Positions 1 to 11,040 of a stretch of 64,000 nt of DNA are shown here, one piece after another. The position numbers were made by a program, and so were the translations under genes. Source of the DNA: an uncultured candidate division Zixibacteria bacterium (GTDB taxonomy: Bacteria > Zixibacteria > MSB-5A5 > GN15 > FEB-12). Under the pieces are notes generated by a model, which was not told the DNA's origin, did not search any database, and saw nothing but the letters and a program-made list of their open reading frames with translations. Each line of letters begins with the position of its first letter. The first letter of the stretch is position 1. Location: positions 960,001 through 1,024,000 of the forward strand of contig CAVTJJ010000004.1 in assembly GCA_963735035.1 (NCBI GenBank), written 5' to 3'.

Positions 1-1041
1 GCTACCGGCTGGCTTGGATGGACGAAGCTGGCCTCGCCGGCAAGAACTTACACATTTAGCGCAAACCCTGCACCGGGAATCCCTATCACAAGTCGCACGT
101 TCATTTTTGGTGATGGTACTACTTTGAACTCGACTAGTAACCAGGTGAATCACACCTATGTCCATGGTGGGAGGTTTGAACCGTCCTTAACCATAACCAA
201 CGGTTGCGGCACGTACACGTGTGAGTCAACGGATCTGCTCTATGTTGATTGTGGATATGTCACCCCGGACGCCGACGGTGACGGAGTTGCAAACGACTGT
301 GACCGATGTCCCACGGTATCAGACCCCTTGCATCTCGATATCGACAATGATTATGTGGGCGACGTGTGCGACAATTGCCCTGCCTTGAGCAACTGGGATC
401 AGCTCGACAGCGATGGTGACGGCAAAGGTGATGTCTGCGACAATTGCCCGACGGTTTCTAACAGCAGTCAGACTGATACTGACGGCGATGGTATCGGCGA
501 CGCATGTGACAACTGTCCATCGGCCTATAATGCCAACCAACTGGATACGGACCATGACGGCAAAGGGAATTTGTGTGACAATTGCCCAACCGTTTACAAT
601 CCGAACCAACTCGACAGCGACGGTGACGGCATAGGTGATGCCTGCGACAACTGTCCCACCGTGAGCAACGCCAATCAAGCAAACAGCGACGGCGATGCTC
701 TTGGCAACGCCTGTGACAACTGCCCGCAGGACACGAACGCGAATCAGGCTGATTTCAATAGTGATGGTATCGGTGACGCCTGCTGCTGTGTCGGCAGGGT
801 AGGCGATGTCAACGGGATTGGAGGAGATGAGCCGACAATAGGTGACGTGCAGCTACTGATAGATGTCCTATTCGTTAGTTATACTTGTGAGGGATTGATA
901 GGCTGTTTCGCCGAGGCTGATATCAATCAATCCGGCGGTGCCTCACCGTCCTGCGTCGATCTTTCTATATCAGACATATCCGTTCTTATCGATTATGTCC
1001 TTATCACCGGGCCGTCAGCAATCCTGCCGAACTGTCAGTAA
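1..1041 (+). CDS. Secreted modular protein (5' partial): PKD-like domain, thrombospondin type-3 repeats, C-terminal dockerin-like domain
   Basis: Frame 1 is open from base 1 (…FIFGDGT…HTY…[12 protein letters not shown]-like). It has repeated DxDGDGxGDxCDNCP units and ends [12 protein letters not shown]…EADINQSGG…LPNCQ. Confidence 0.85.
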   Translation, partial: ATGWLGWTKLASPARTYTFSANPAPGIPITSRTFIFGDGTTLNSTSNQVNHTYVHGGRFEPSLTITNGCGTYTCESTDLLYVDCGYVTPDADGDGVANDCDRCPTVSDPLHLDIDNDYVGDVCDNCPALSNWDQLDSDGDGKGDVCDNCPTVSNSSQTDTDGDGIGDACDNCPSAYNANQLDTDHDGKGNLCDNCPTVYNPNQLDSDGDGIGDACDNCPTVSNANQANSDGDALGNACDNCPQDTNANQADFNSDGIGDACCCVGRVGDVNGIGGDEPTIGDVQLLIDVLFVSYTCEGLIGCFAEADINQSGGASPSCVDLSISDISVLIDYVLITGPSAILPNCQ

Positions 1042-1058
1042 TCTCCTCTTGAACTCCC

Positions 1059-1086
1059 AGGGGGCCGGTTCTTCACCAGTCCCCTT
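1059..1086 (+). terminator. Stem-loop after the dockerin gene, possible terminator
   Basis: AGGGGGCCGGT…ACCAGTCCCCTT imperfect hairpin about 18 bp after the stop codon; weak U-tract. Confidence 0.4.
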
Positions 1087-1253
1087 CCCGTCGAATTCGG
1101 ACTTAATTAAGCCTGATTTTCTTCACGCTTAGTCAATGAACCCCTCCAAATCCGGCGATTTCTGCCGAAATAGTCCTTATCAGGCAGGCCTTGGCCTGGC
1201 CCGCGTGGCACGAGTGTATCAGCCCGGGTCGGCCCCTGCCGGGATGGCTCAAA

Positions 1254-2597
1254 ATGCGTCTGGACCAAATCATCATAAACCGCCGTCTCGCGACCGAGGA
1301 ACAGGTCTGCGAAGCTCTCGACTATCAAAAAGAGTACGGGGGCCGCCTGGAAACCCACTTGTTTCGGATGGGGTATGTCGACGAACCGGGGCTAGTCGAG
1401 GCTCTTGCCGAGCAGTTCGCTTGCCCGAAAGTGGTCCTCAAAGGTCTGGACGTTCCGCCCGAAGTGCTTCAAATGCTGCCTGCCGAGACCGCGTGGACCC
1501 GGCTGGCGTTGCCGTTTGCTTTTGATTCTTCAACCCAGACGCTCAAAATTGCCTGTGAAAGTTCCCGGCGTACCGGTTTGCAGGAAGACCTGGAAGCGGC
1601 TTGTCCCGGATCGAAAATCGAGCTGCATATCGCCCTGGGCGTGGTCCTGCAGATGGCCCTGGTGAAGTACTACCGGGAAGTCCCCAGGATAGTGGAAAAC
1701 GCACCGACAGATATTCCATCGGCGATGGATGCGGTCTCGGTGCCTATCGAATGGATGGTCTCCTATTCCGCCAAATGCGAAATCCTGGTGTACGAAGAAG
1801 AGGGGAGTGGCGCTCCGGCGATGGGCCCACTGCTGCGCCATCAGGGATTCATCGTTGGCATCGTGCACACGGCGGATGAACTTGCGACAGCGGTGCGAAA
1901 ATCCGAACCGGATGCTATTCTGTTCATCATGCCGGACGGACCGGAGAGTGTGGACAACCTTCTGGCGCAGTTATCCGACCGAGCCATCTCTATTCTGGAA
2001 TTCCCCAGCTATCTGGTAATTGCCTCCGTCGAAGATTCCGAAATTGGCGGACTTCTCCAACTCGGGTTCGAGGAAGTGATCCGCGTCCAGAACGTGCTCG
2101 ACCTGCTGATGATAAAGCTCAAGCGGCTGAAAGAACGCTTGGTCAGTCAGCGCAACCAGCGGCAGGAAATCCTTCAGGCTATGGGCACGCACGGCTCATT
2201 GCAAGACATGCACGTTGTTGATCTGCTTCAGGCCATGGGGACTATCGGCAAGACGGCCCGCATCAGCGTGACCGCTGTCGGCAAGCAGTTGACGATCTAT
2301 CTGGATCGCGGACGAATCATCTACGCCGACTGTGACGACGTTGCCGGACCGGAGGCGGTCTACGGAGCGATTGGCTGGAATCAAGGCGTCTGGAATGTCG
2401 ATCCTATCCAGCCGGAAGAACTACCCGCACCGAACATCTTTATCTCCAGCGAAGGAATCCTGCTTGAAGGGTGCCGTCGCATGGATGAAAAGACGCGCCC
2501 AGACGGTGTTAAATCCCAGGACGATTCCGGAGCCTTGCTCCTATTCGAAGCCCTCGATCGCGCTTCAAATCACGCACCTGACGCACTACCTGAATAG
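1254..2597 (+). CDS. MshEN/GspE-N-like domain, receiver-like domain and C-terminal DUF4388 (PatA_N-like) domain protein
   Basis: ATG at 1254. N-terminus RLDQIIINRRLATEEQVCEALDYQ…RLETHLFRMGYVDEPGLVEALAEQ; C-terminus GSLQDMHVVDLLQ…IYLDRGRIIYA…EGILLEGCRRMDE. Confidence 0.75.
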   Translation: MRLDQIIINRRLATEEQVCEALDYQKEYGGRLETHLFRMGYVDEPGLVEALAEQFACPKVVLKGLDVPPEVLQMLPAETAWTRLALPFAFDSSTQTLKIACESSRRTGLQEDLEAACPGSKIELHIALGVVLQMALVKYYREVPRIVENAPTDIPSAMDAVSVPIEWMVSYSAKCEILVYEEEGSGAPAMGPLLRHQGFIVGIVHTADELATAVRKSEPDAILFIMPDGPESVDNLLAQLSDRAISILEFPSYLVIASVEDSEIGGLLQLGFEEVIRVQNVLDLLMIKLKRLKERLVSQRNQRQEILQAMGTHGSLQDMHVVDLLQAMGTIGKTARISVTAVGKQLTIYLDRGRIIYADCDDVAGPEAVYGAIGWNQGVWNVDPIQPEELPAPNIFISSEGILLEGCRRMDEKTRPDGVKSQDDSGALLLFEALDRASNHAPDALPE

Positions 2598-4257
2598 GGG
2601 AGGGTGCTGCCGATGAAAATCGGTAGCCTGCTGGTATTTCCACGCAACCGCCAGCAGAGTGCCTTCGTCGAATAATCTCCCGATAAATGTCAGACTGACT
2701 GGCGAACCCTCGGCATTGAATCCATTCGGCACCACTACACAGGGATGACCGGTCAGATTGGTCAGCAGCAGGTTGTCGCCTTCGAAAGCGGGTGCCAGGT
2801 ACAAATCGACGCTGTCCATAATCTCTCGCCATGTCAGCAATCACCATCGATCTCAGCCGATTGGCCTGGATGTACTCAACCGCCGGAATGAATCGGGCAC
2901 TACGAAATACATTGGGCCATGAATCACGGGTCTGACGAGTCATGAGGCTGTCCCGACCGGTGCGCGTGAGGTCGTCGAACGCGGCGGCCGCTTCCGCCGA
3001 CAGGATTATCGACATAGGGTAGATCGGCAAACTCGGCACTTGTATCTCTATCAGGTTCGCGCCCATCTTTCGAAGGCGATTCAGTGCAAACTGATTTTGC
3101 ACCGTCAGACTGGTGTCGTTATCAAAATCCGACTTGAGATAACCAATGCGGAGCTTCTTGAAGTCTGCTTTGGAATCATAGTTGAAGGGGAGACGCACGG
3201 TTGACGGATCCTGTGGATCGGGTCCGTAAATGGCGTTGAATACCAGCGCACAATCTTCGACGGTTCGGCAGATCGGGCCAAGTTTGTCCATGGACCAGCT
3301 CAGGGCCATCGCTCCGGCACGACTGACTCGGCCGAAAGTCGGACGGAGGCCCGTGACGCCGCAGCGTGTGGACGGTGAGACTATCGATCCCCAGGTTTCC
3401 GAGCCAATGGAGAACGGCAAGAGCCCGGCAGATACCGCCGACGCCGGTCCGGCCGATGAACCGCTCGAGCCTTCTTCCAGATTCCATGGGTTACGCGTCG
3501 TATCACCGTACCAAACATCCCCCCAGGCCAGTTCACCCAGCGACAGCTTGGCTACAAGAACCGCGCCCGCATCCTGCAAGCGGGTAATTACGGCGGCATC
3601 CTTGTCGAATGTCTGATTCTTGTATGGTGTCGATCCCCAGGTGGTAGGGTATCCCTTGACAGCTAATAGGTCCTTCGCTCCATACGGAATCCCGTGGAGC
3701 GGTCCGCGATAGTTGCCGGCCGCAATTTCGCTGTCGGCCTTTGCCGCCTGACGCAAGGCCAGGTCTTCAGTCAGTGTGATTACACAATGAAGCTGGCCGT
3801 CAAACTTCTTGAGACGCTCCAGTGCCAAATTGGTAAGCTGCATCGAGGTCACCTGGCGCGTGCGGATCAATTCAGATAGCTCGCGCACCGTGAAGTAGGC
3901 GAGGTCTCCCAGGTTGGCAGGAAGTTTCACGTCCGGCGCGGGACCGAACTGAACCGGGCGCTGGACCGTATCAAATACGGTTCCAGGTGGAATCGGATCG
4001 AATACCAGGGCGGGCGCAACAGAATTGGCGATGCTTACCTGTCGCATCGAAGTATAGCAAGACAGGTTGTCTTCCAAGTCAGGCAGGAGGGAGTCTCGCT
4101 CGGAAGGGGTCAGTTTGATCCCGATCAGTTTCTCCGCGTCGGCTACGTTTCGATTTTCGATTTTGACGCTGTCGGAATCCGCACCGAGAATTGTTTCTCC
4201 CAATCCGATCACTAATCCGACAGTAACAATTATGCTGAGATTCTTGAGTAGACCCAT
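2586..4257 (-). CDS. Amidase signature family protein with an apparent +1 frameshift near 2828
   Basis: GPLHGIPYGAKD, GSSGSSAG and IGSETWGSIVSPS motifs. The normal C-terminus (LLLTNLTGHPCVVVPNG…GRLFDEGTLL) lies in the adjacent frame (ORF 2586..2840). Confidence 0.88.
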
Positions 4258-4318
4258 TGTACATCCTTTCCCTGATCAGGGGCGTTCGTACGAGCTATTT
4301 GCAAGAGTCCCATTCCCC

Positions 4319-4490
4319 GTCATTGCGAGCGTAGATGGCCCGACGCAAGGCGGGTCATCGTAGTGCGGCAATCTCAAGAACGTGGGCGGCACACTGCCTG
4401 CCCTCGACTTGATCGGGGGCCCCGTGTGTCCCTCACGGAATTGAGATCGCCACGTCTCGCCCGCGAAGCGCGGTCGAGACTCGCGATGAC
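4319..4490. repeat. Inverted dimer of the GTCATTGCGAG…GCAATCTC palindromic repeat, gene-less copy
   Basis: Left unit 4319-4375 and right inverted unit 4443-4490. Near-identical to 14292-14420 and related to the units flanking the GIY-YIG gene. Confidence 0.85.
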
Positions 4491-4680
4491 AGATACAAGG
4501 GTTTCTTCAACGCCCCGTACTCAGGAAGTATAGCGTGTTCAACGCTTTTGGGCCAGCGTTCACACATCACGAACAGTTCGTAGATAATTGCCTGACCGGT
4601 GAGAGATCCCAGAAAGTCAGACCCAGAGCGGGCTTTTAGTCTGCCCGGGGGGCTTATGGAAGCTTTCTTACGGTGCCCGC

Positions 4681-5373
4681 TCAGCCTTCAGAAATTGTCA
4701 GTCTGAAGCCAACACCGTGAATGGCGGAGATTTCTATACGTGGGTCTTCCTTGAGATACTTGCGCAATTTCGACACGAACACGTCCATGCTGCGGGCGTT
4801 GAAGTAGCTCTCTTCGCCCCAGATTTCACGAAGGGCCAGATTGCGGTCAAGTGTCTTGCCCAGGTGGGTGCACAGCAGCCTGAGTAGTTCGGCTTCCTTG
4901 GGAGTCAACCGCCGATCTTCAGGGCCAAACCGAAGCACGCGCACTACCGAATCAAATGAGTATCGTCCGATGTCGAATTTTGTCCGAGTGTCATCGGCAG
5001 TTGTTCCACCTGATCGGCGCAACACCGCCTGTATCCGCAGCAGGAGTTCCTCGACCGAAAACGGTTTGGTGATGTAATCATCGCAACCGATGCGGAAGCC
5101 TTCGATCTTGTCTTCCTTGAGCGACTTCGCTGTCAGGAATATGAGTGGCATCTCGCGATTCCGCCGTCGTACCTCACGCGCGAACGAGAAGCCGTCCATC
5201 TTGGGCATCATCACGTCCACCAAACAGAGTCGATAATGCTCGCGAGCAAATCTGGCCAACCCGGCCTCACCGTTGGGGCATAGATCGACCTCAAAGCCGT
5301 TCATTTGTAGATGTTCTTGCACGATGAGCCCCAGGTTGGGGTCGTCTTCAAGTAGTAGTACCCGCTGTGTCAA
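4681..5373 (-). CDS. OmpR/PhoB-family response regulator
   Basis: Receiver domain (LLEDD, DVMMP, FLTA, KPF) followed by a winged-helix domain (RSMDVFVSKLRKYL, HGVGFRL). Confidence 0.95.
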   Translation of the reverse strand: MTQRVLLLEDDPNLGLIVQEHLQMNGFEVDLCPNGEAGLARFAREHYRLCLVDVMMPKMDGFSFAREVRRRNREMPLIFLTAKSLKEDKIEGFRIGCDDYITKPFSVEELLLRIQAVLRRSGGTTADDTRTKFDIGRYSFDSVVRVLRFGPEDRRLTPKEAELLRLLCTHLGKTLDRNLALREIWGEESYFNARSMDVFVSKLRKYLKEDPRIEISAIHGVGFRLTISEG

Positions 5374-7058
5374 GAAATCACCTCGTCAGGTTTGTTTCCA
5401 TTTTCGCAGGATGGAAACCATAAGATCATTCTCGTTCCTTTGCTCGGTTCCGATTCGACACTGATACGACCGTTATGGGCTTTGACCATCAGGGCTACGT
5501 AACTCAGGCCGAGGCCGAAGCCCTTCACTTCGTGGATATTGCCGCGCTGAACCCGATAGTATTTGTCAAAGATTCGACGGCGCTCCTCGGGTTTGAGTCC
5601 GAGTCCGTGATCGGCCACGATGATGCGAATGCCGCCGTCCTGATCCTTGGTTGTCACTTCGATAATCGGCGGTTCCGGAGAATACTTGTTGGCGTTGTCG
5701 AGCAGGTTGAAGATCACGCCGCTCAGGTGAAGTTCATCCGCCGCTGCGACCGGATGGCTACAATTGAGGTCACAACTGATTCGACCACCCCGATGCTCGA
5801 CTTGCAGTCTGACGCTTTCGACAGCATTCTTGATTACGTCGTGAACGTTGACCGGCATCATCTGGAGCGCCCCACGCTGCTCTTCCAGAGCCGCCATTTG
5901 CAGGATCTTCTCCGTCTGATTCCGCATACGTCGGTTCTCGTCATGTATCATGGAAGCGAAACGCTTGACCCGCTGGGAATCGGCTATGACATCGGGGCGA
6001 AGTATCGCTTCGCACGCCAGTGCCACCGTGGATATCGGGGTTTTGAATTCGTGGGTCATGTTGTTGACGAACTCAACCATCTGGCGCGCGGCGCGTCTTT
6101 GTCCGAGGATAGTCTTTACGGCGTACCCGAAACCGGACACTATGACCACCATGAACAGTACGGTGGCTGCGAGCATCGGACCGATCTGTCGAAACAGGAA
6201 TGAGGCCCGATCCGGGAAATACAGTAGAAGTTCATGAGACGCCGACATGAAGTCGTTGGGAAAGAGGCGCGTTCTAAATTCAGTACGCGACAGCTCGGCG
6301 TCCAGCCCTGAACGACTCAACATGCTAAGAACTGGTTCACCTTCGGTTGCGACAGCGTAAACTGGTTCGAGAGTTATCCCGTACTGGCTGAGTGCCTGGT
6401 GGACTACCGAATCGAGCTGGGCCGGCCTTAGCCGGGTTTCTATCGGAACGCGTTCCCCTGTCGCCAGCCTCTCGATGACTCTCTGGATGACATCCACCCG
6501 GCCAGAGTCGTCCGCAGTCTGTCCAAGACCTATGGTTTTCGGCCATGGAAGGCTCGGCATCCGCTCCACGGTCGTATCTGATAATACTTTTATCATTAGC
6601 GTTGCCGGTGCACCTCCGGGGAGAAGGCACTTGCCGCTCGAATCGACAAGCGTCGACTCGTCAAAGCTGAGTGAATCACAGTACGTTCGGAAATTTGAAT
6701 GGGCGCCATCGCTCGTTCCGGGACGGATCACGCCAATGGCAAAATGGTCTGATGAATCCCGTTGGATAGTATCGAACGATACGCCGCCCGAATCACTGCT
6801 GTGCTGTAACGTGAACTCATAGTTGCTGCCGACGACGTGCAGAGTCGCAGTGACAGTCTCGGCCGTTTCAAGACTGCGTGACACTTCGGAGAGAGCCGCT
6901 TGCACGTTTTGGCGGAAGGATTGTTCTTTCAGGGCGAGGGCGCTTCTCAGCAGCGACGCCTGCAGACAGACCAGGCCGCCCAGTGCTACTATCATCACCG
7001 TAATGATGATCCAGACCATTCTTCTCGATAGACCCATAACCGCTTTAGTATACGACAT
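5370..7058 (-). CDS. Membrane sensor histidine kinase
   Basis: Two TM segments, H-box MTHEFKTPIS, N-box NLLDNANKY, G-boxes DHGLG and GFGLGL. Overlaps the regulator by 4 bp. Alternative start at 7037. Confidence 0.95.
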   Translation of the reverse strand: MSYTKAVMGLSRRMVWIIITVMIVALGGLVCLQASLLRSALALKEQSFRQNVQAALSEVSRSLETAETVTATLHVVGSNYEFTLQHSSDSGGVSFDTIQRDSSDHFAIGVIRPGTSDGAHSNFRTYCDSLSFDESTLVDSSGKCLLPGGAPATLMIKVLSDTTVERMPSLPWPKTIGLGQTADDSGRVDVIQRVIERLATGERVPIETRLRPAQLDSVVHQALSQYGITLEPVYAVATEGEPVLSMLSRSGLDAELSRTEFRTRLFPNDFMSASHELLLYFPDRASFLFRQIGPMLAATVLFMVVIVSGFGYAVKTILGQRRAARQMVEFVNNMTHEFKTPISTVALACEAILRPDVIADSQRVKRFASMIHDENRRMRNQTEKILQMAALEEQRGALQMMPVNVHDVIKNAVESVRLQVEHRGGRISCDLNCSHPVAAADELHLSGVIFNLLDNANKYSPEPPIIEVTTKDQDGGIRIIVADHGLGLKPEERRRIFDKYYRVQRGNIHEVKGFGLGLSYVALMVKAHNGRISVESEPSKGTRMILWFPSCENGNKPDEVIS

Positions 7059-7081
7059 TGATCATAGTTTCTGCACCCCTT

Positions 7082-7117
7082 TTAACATCTCTTAACAGGC
7101 CCTAACAAACGTTAACT
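7082..7117. promoter_or_regulatory. Four YTAACW direct repeats with 10-bp period, candidate OmpR-family operator
   Basis: TTAACA (7082), TTAACA (7092), CTAACA (7102), TTAACT (7112) in the divergent intergenic region. Confidence 0.6.
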
Positions 7118-7299
7118 GCCGATCCGGAAACCGGGGAAGTATCAATACCGTAGAAATTTGCAGATGCCAACATCGAAACAGACAGGAGCCATGTCGATGG
7201 CTATTTTGAGACAACGCGGCCTTTCCGCCCAGTCGGACATCTGGTGTACAGTCGATTGCTCGGTTATGGCGCTGAATATCCAGATGCTGGAGAGGTGAC

Positions 7300-8799
7300 G
7301 TGAAGTATTTTACTGCTATTGCCATTGTCATTGTTCTCGCCGTGCTAAGTGCCGGCAACCTTTGCGGCCAATCCTCGAACTTCTTCAATCAGCGCGATGA
7401 TCAGTACCGACTGCTCGGACTCAAGCGAGCCAAGGAGGCCTACGATGTCGCCCTACAGGATTTCGATAGACAGAAAGAGTTGTTCTCGCGACAACTGATT
7501 TCGGCCACCGAACTGGAGCAGGCCAGAAGAGCCTTTTCGGACGCCGAGGTCAACTACCAGCAATCGCTCCTCGCGGTGCTTTTCGAGAAACAGTACATCT
7601 CGGTCAGCAAGGCGGTAAAGTATCAGGCACCGGACGGCCGCAAGCACGTGCGCCTTACCCTGGCCAATACTTCGGGCGGATCCGAGGAATTCGCTCAGCT
7701 CGTGGGAGTCGAGGACGACTTGTTTCGATCCCTTCAGCCGAATATCACACACAACATATACGTTAGCGTCCTCAACGACGAGAACGCGATCATTAGCCAG
7801 CCCTACGAGGCCAAGATTGACGAACTGCGCTTCGGCGAACCGAAGGAACTCGATTTCACTCTCCTGCAGGACCTGGATGCCGTGACGGTGTATCTGATCT
7901 ATGCCAACGGCAGCCAGCGCAGTATGAAGATATTCCTGCAAAAGGATGCGTCGGTCAACCGCGTGATTGTGCAGTCAGAACAGTTTTCTCAGGAGATCGA
8001 TCTTGGCAGGACGGCCACTTACGACCTGAGTCTTGAGTTGTTCAGCGGTTCGGACAACACGTTCTCACTCGAAGCCGTCAATCTTCCCCAATCGGTAAAC
8101 CGGTACTTCGCCGATTCAATCGGAGCGGCCCGACTAAGCCAGGTCAGATTTACCGAGAGCGGTCGTTCCAAGCGGGCGTCGCTGAAAGTGACCTTGCCTG
8201 ATCGCGACGCCGGCAACGTGGTCATGGACAAGGCGATTCCGTTCTACGTGCTGGTGTTCCCGAGTGACAAACAGGAGACGATTACCGCCCACGGTGATCG
8301 GCCCTGGTCCGAACAGGAAGTCGAGGCGCTCAACATCGGGTACGCCAAACTGGAATTGGTGCCGCGAGGCAAGGGACAGATCCTCGTTCGTTCACCCATG
8401 CTGTTCTATTCGATCCTGGCCGATGACTCGGTGTCCATGGCGGTGGATATTGTCAACGAAGGCAGTCGCCGGCTGGACAACACCGAAATGCGCGCCGATG
8501 TGCCTCTGGGTTGGACCAAGCAGGTCTCGCCGACTACCATTCCGAGCATCGAAATCGGCGCCGAGTCACGGGTTACCTTGTCGTTCCGACCGCCGGAAGA
8601 CATAGCGCCCGGCAAGTATGAAGTACGTTTACGCACTACTGCGATGTCCAATAACCAGCCGGTCAACGCCCTCGATAAGACGGTCACCATCGAAATTCGT
8701 CCCGATTCCAATATCTTCGGTACGATTCTCATCATCCTGGGCTTGATCGGCCTGGTGGGCGGCATCGTGGTATATGGAATACGTCTGTCGAAAAGATAA
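7300..8799 (+). CDS. Exported NEW3-domain protein with a C-terminal membrane anchor (ABC transporter-associated)
   Basis: Signal peptide, N-terminal coiled coil, Ig-like NEW3 motif (NEGSRRL…VPLGW…PPEDIAPGKY), C-terminal TM followed by RLSKR. Confidence 0.75.
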   Translation: MKYFTAIAIVIVLAVLSAGNLCGQSSNFFNQRDDQYRLLGLKRAKEAYDVALQDFDRQKELFSRQLISATELEQARRAFSDAEVNYQQSLLAVLFEKQYISVSKAVKYQAPDGRKHVRLTLANTSGGSEEFAQLVGVEDDLFRSLQPNITHNIYVSVLNDENAIISQPYEAKIDELRFGEPKELDFTLLQDLDAVTVYLIYANGSQRSMKIFLQKDASVNRVIVQSEQFSQEIDLGRTATYDLSLELFSGSDNTFSLEAVNLPQSVNRYFADSIGAARLSQVRFTESGRSKRASLKVTLPDRDAGNVVMDKAIPFYVLVFPSDKQETITAHGDRPWSEQEVEALNIGYAKLELVPRGKGQILVRSPMLFYSILADDSVSMAVDIVNEGSRRLDNTEMRADVPLGWTKQVSPTTIPSIEIGAESRVTLSFRPPEDIAPGKYEVRLRTTAMSNNQPVNALDKTVTIEIRPDSNIFGTILIILGLIGLVGGIVVYGIRLSKR

Positions 8800-8827
8800 C
8801 AATCATTGAACGAGATACGAGGCCAAA

Positions 8828-9607
8828 GTGAATCAGAACCTTACATCTAACGGGCCGCGACTGGAAGCGGTCAACCTGACCAAACGGTACGAGGACGGTG
8901 TGCTGGCCCTCGACCACGTGAACTTCACCGTCATGCCGGGGCAGATTTTCGCCGTGCTCGGCGGCAACGGCGCCGGGAAGACAACCGCGATCAATCTGTT
9001 CCTGAATCTGCTCGAACCGACCGAAGGCGAAGCTCGCATTTGCGGCATCGTCTCGCATCGGGAGCCGCTCCGTGCCAAGGAACTGGTAGCCTACGTTTCG
9101 GAGAATGTGATGCTCTATCCTAATTTCACAGCGTTGCAGAATCTGGATTTCTTCGCCCGCCTCGGCGGCAAGACGAGCTATACGGCCGATGATTATCACC
9201 GCGTGCTCGATCGAGTCGGTCTGGGGCGCGAGGCGCACCGCAAACGGCTCAAAGGCTTCTCGAAGGGGATGCGCCAGAAGTGTGGCATAGCCATCGCCAT
9301 ACTGAAAGACGCTCCGGCCATTCTTCTGGACGAGCCTACGTCCGGACTCGATCCAAAAGCGGGGCATGAATTCCTGACCCTGCTCGATGAACTGCGCGCC
9401 GAAGGGAAGGCGATCTTGATGTCAACCCACGACATATTCCGCGCCCGCGAGATTTCGGATGTGGTAGCCATTATGGACAGCGGCAGAGTTATCATGCAGA
9501 AGAAGGCGGCCGAGCTGGCCGGCCATGATCTCGAAGCCTTGTACATGAAGTACATGGCGGGCGCTAACGGCGGTACCGTTGCGACGGCGGAGGCCGGTCA
9601 TGCTTAA
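8828..9607 (+). CDS. ABC transporter ATP-binding protein
   Basis: Walker A GGNGAGKT, signature FSKGMRQK, Walker B LLDEPTSGLD, H-loop STHD. Confidence 0.95.
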   Translation: MNQNLTSNGPRLEAVNLTKRYEDGVLALDHVNFTVMPGQIFAVLGGNGAGKTTAINLFLNLLEPTEGEARICGIVSHREPLRAKELVAYVSENVMLYPNFTALQNLDFFARLGGKTSYTADDYHRVLDRVGLGREAHRKRLKGFSKGMRQKCGIAIAILKDAPAILLDEPTSGLDPKAGHEFLTLLDELRAEGKAILMSTHDIFRAREISDVVAIMDSGRVIMQKKAAELAGHDLEALYMKYMAGANGGTVATAEAGHA

Positions 9608-11018
9608 GACGCTAATCGAAAAGGAAATTCGTGACCTGATTGGATCGACCAAGTTCGCAATCACGTTTGGCGCCTGCGCGGTCCTGATCATAGGCGCCTT
9701 CTATGCCGGTGGCGCCCGCTACGGTCTCTATCGCCAGCAATATGAAGCGTCCAAGGCTCAGGAGGCGCAACAGATAGGGACCAACACCGACTGGTTAGCA
9801 GTCGGCTCCGCCAAAATCTTCCTGCCGCCCGATCCGCTCGCGACACTTGTCTCAGGCGTCTCAAACGACATCGGCCTCGACGCCGTCGCGACCGGCCGCG
9901 GCGAACCGGATATCCAGGACAGTCGCTACAGTGAAGATCCGATCTATGCCGTGTTCCAGTTCCTTGACCTTGAATTTCTATTCAAAGTCATCTTGTCTCT
10001 GTTCGCCATTCTGCTTGGTTACGACGCCATTAGTGGCGAGAAGGAACAGGGGACGTTGCGACTCACCTTTGCCAACGCAGTACCGCGACATATGTACATC
10101 ATAGGAAAACTGCTGGGCGGGACGATCGTTCTCGGCATCTCGCTCCTGGTGGCTTTCGCAGTCGGGGCCCTGCTCTTTCCGGCCATGGGGGTGCCGATGT
10201 CCGGCGGTGATTGGGGGACACTCGCCCTCGTAATCTTCACGGGGTTCTTGTACTTTGGTGTGTTCCTTACTTTGTCGGTCGCCGTATCGGCTCTGACTCA
10301 GCGCCCCTCCAGTTCCTTCCTGGTACTGCTGGTTGTTTGGATTGCGACGGTACTTATCATTCCGCGCGTGGCCGTAATTACTTCCGGCCGGGCGGTCAAT
10401 GTGCCGTCGGTTGACGAAATCGCGTCGCAAAAGGCTGTCTACTCCAGTCAGTTGAACAACGAGTACTTTGATGCCCTGGGGCGTCTATCGTTTAGCATGC
10501 CTGGAGCCGGTGGGGATCCCACGACGCAGATAACCAAGGCCATGGATTCTCTTACCAACGTCAGCCAGGTCAAGTTGGATGAATTTTCCGGCCGCCTTAA
10601 CGAGCAGCGACATAACGCTCAGGAACAGCAGGTTGGACTGGCGATGTCTCTCGCACGGCTTTCGCCCACCGCGTCTTTGACTACGGCGATCTCTCAGTTG
10701 GCCGGCACTTCGCTGGCGCTCAATGATCGTTTCTATCAGGAAGCATTGGATTACAGTCGCAGTTTCGGAAATTTCAAGCAGGAAAAGACCGGCTTCAACT
10801 CCGGGGTCTCTATGCGTGTAATCAAGGTCGGCGATAGCGCCGGCCAGGAAGATCCCAAGCGAATCGACCCTGCCGAGCTGCCACCATTCGCGTACAGACG
10901 CTGGGGCATATCCCAGGCGTTGGATGGGGCTGCGGTCGACATCGGCCTGCTCGCATTCTTCAACCTGTTATTCTTTGCCGGAGCCTTCGTCGCCTTTTCC
11001 CGCTACGACCTTAGATAA
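9600..11018 (+). CDS. ABC-2 type transporter permease
   Basis: ATG at 9600 overlaps the ATPase gene end; ISGEKEQGTLRL motif; multiple TM segments; ends FSRYDLR. Confidence 0.9.
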   Translation: MLKTLIEKEIRDLIGSTKFAITFGACAVLIIGAFYAGGARYGLYRQQYEASKAQEAQQIGTNTDWLAVGSAKIFLPPDPLATLVSGVSNDIGLDAVATGRGEPDIQDSRYSEDPIYAVFQFLDLEFLFKVILSLFAILLGYDAISGEKEQGTLRLTFANAVPRHMYIIGKLLGGTIVLGISLLVAFAVGALLFPAMGVPMSGGDWGTLALVIFTGFLYFGVFLTLSVAVSALTQRPSSSFLVLLVVWIATVLIIPRVAVITSGRAVNVPSVDEIASQKAVYSSQLNNEYFDALGRLSFSMPGAGGDPTTQITKAMDSLTNVSQVKLDEFSGRLNEQRHNAQEQQVGLAMSLARLSPTASLTTAISQLAGTSLALNDRFYQEALDYSRSFGNFKQEKTGFNSGVSMRVIKVGDSAGQEDPKRIDPAELPPFAYRRWGISQALDGAAVDIGLLAFFNLLFFAGAFVAFSRYDLR

Positions 11019-11040
11019 AGTCAGGTGATGGAGAAATAAT

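Noticed and set aside
2509..2840. Programmed ribosomal frameshift in the amidase, protease or T9SS genes
   Set aside because: No slippery heptamer or stimulatory structure is evident; the pattern fits sequencing insertions.
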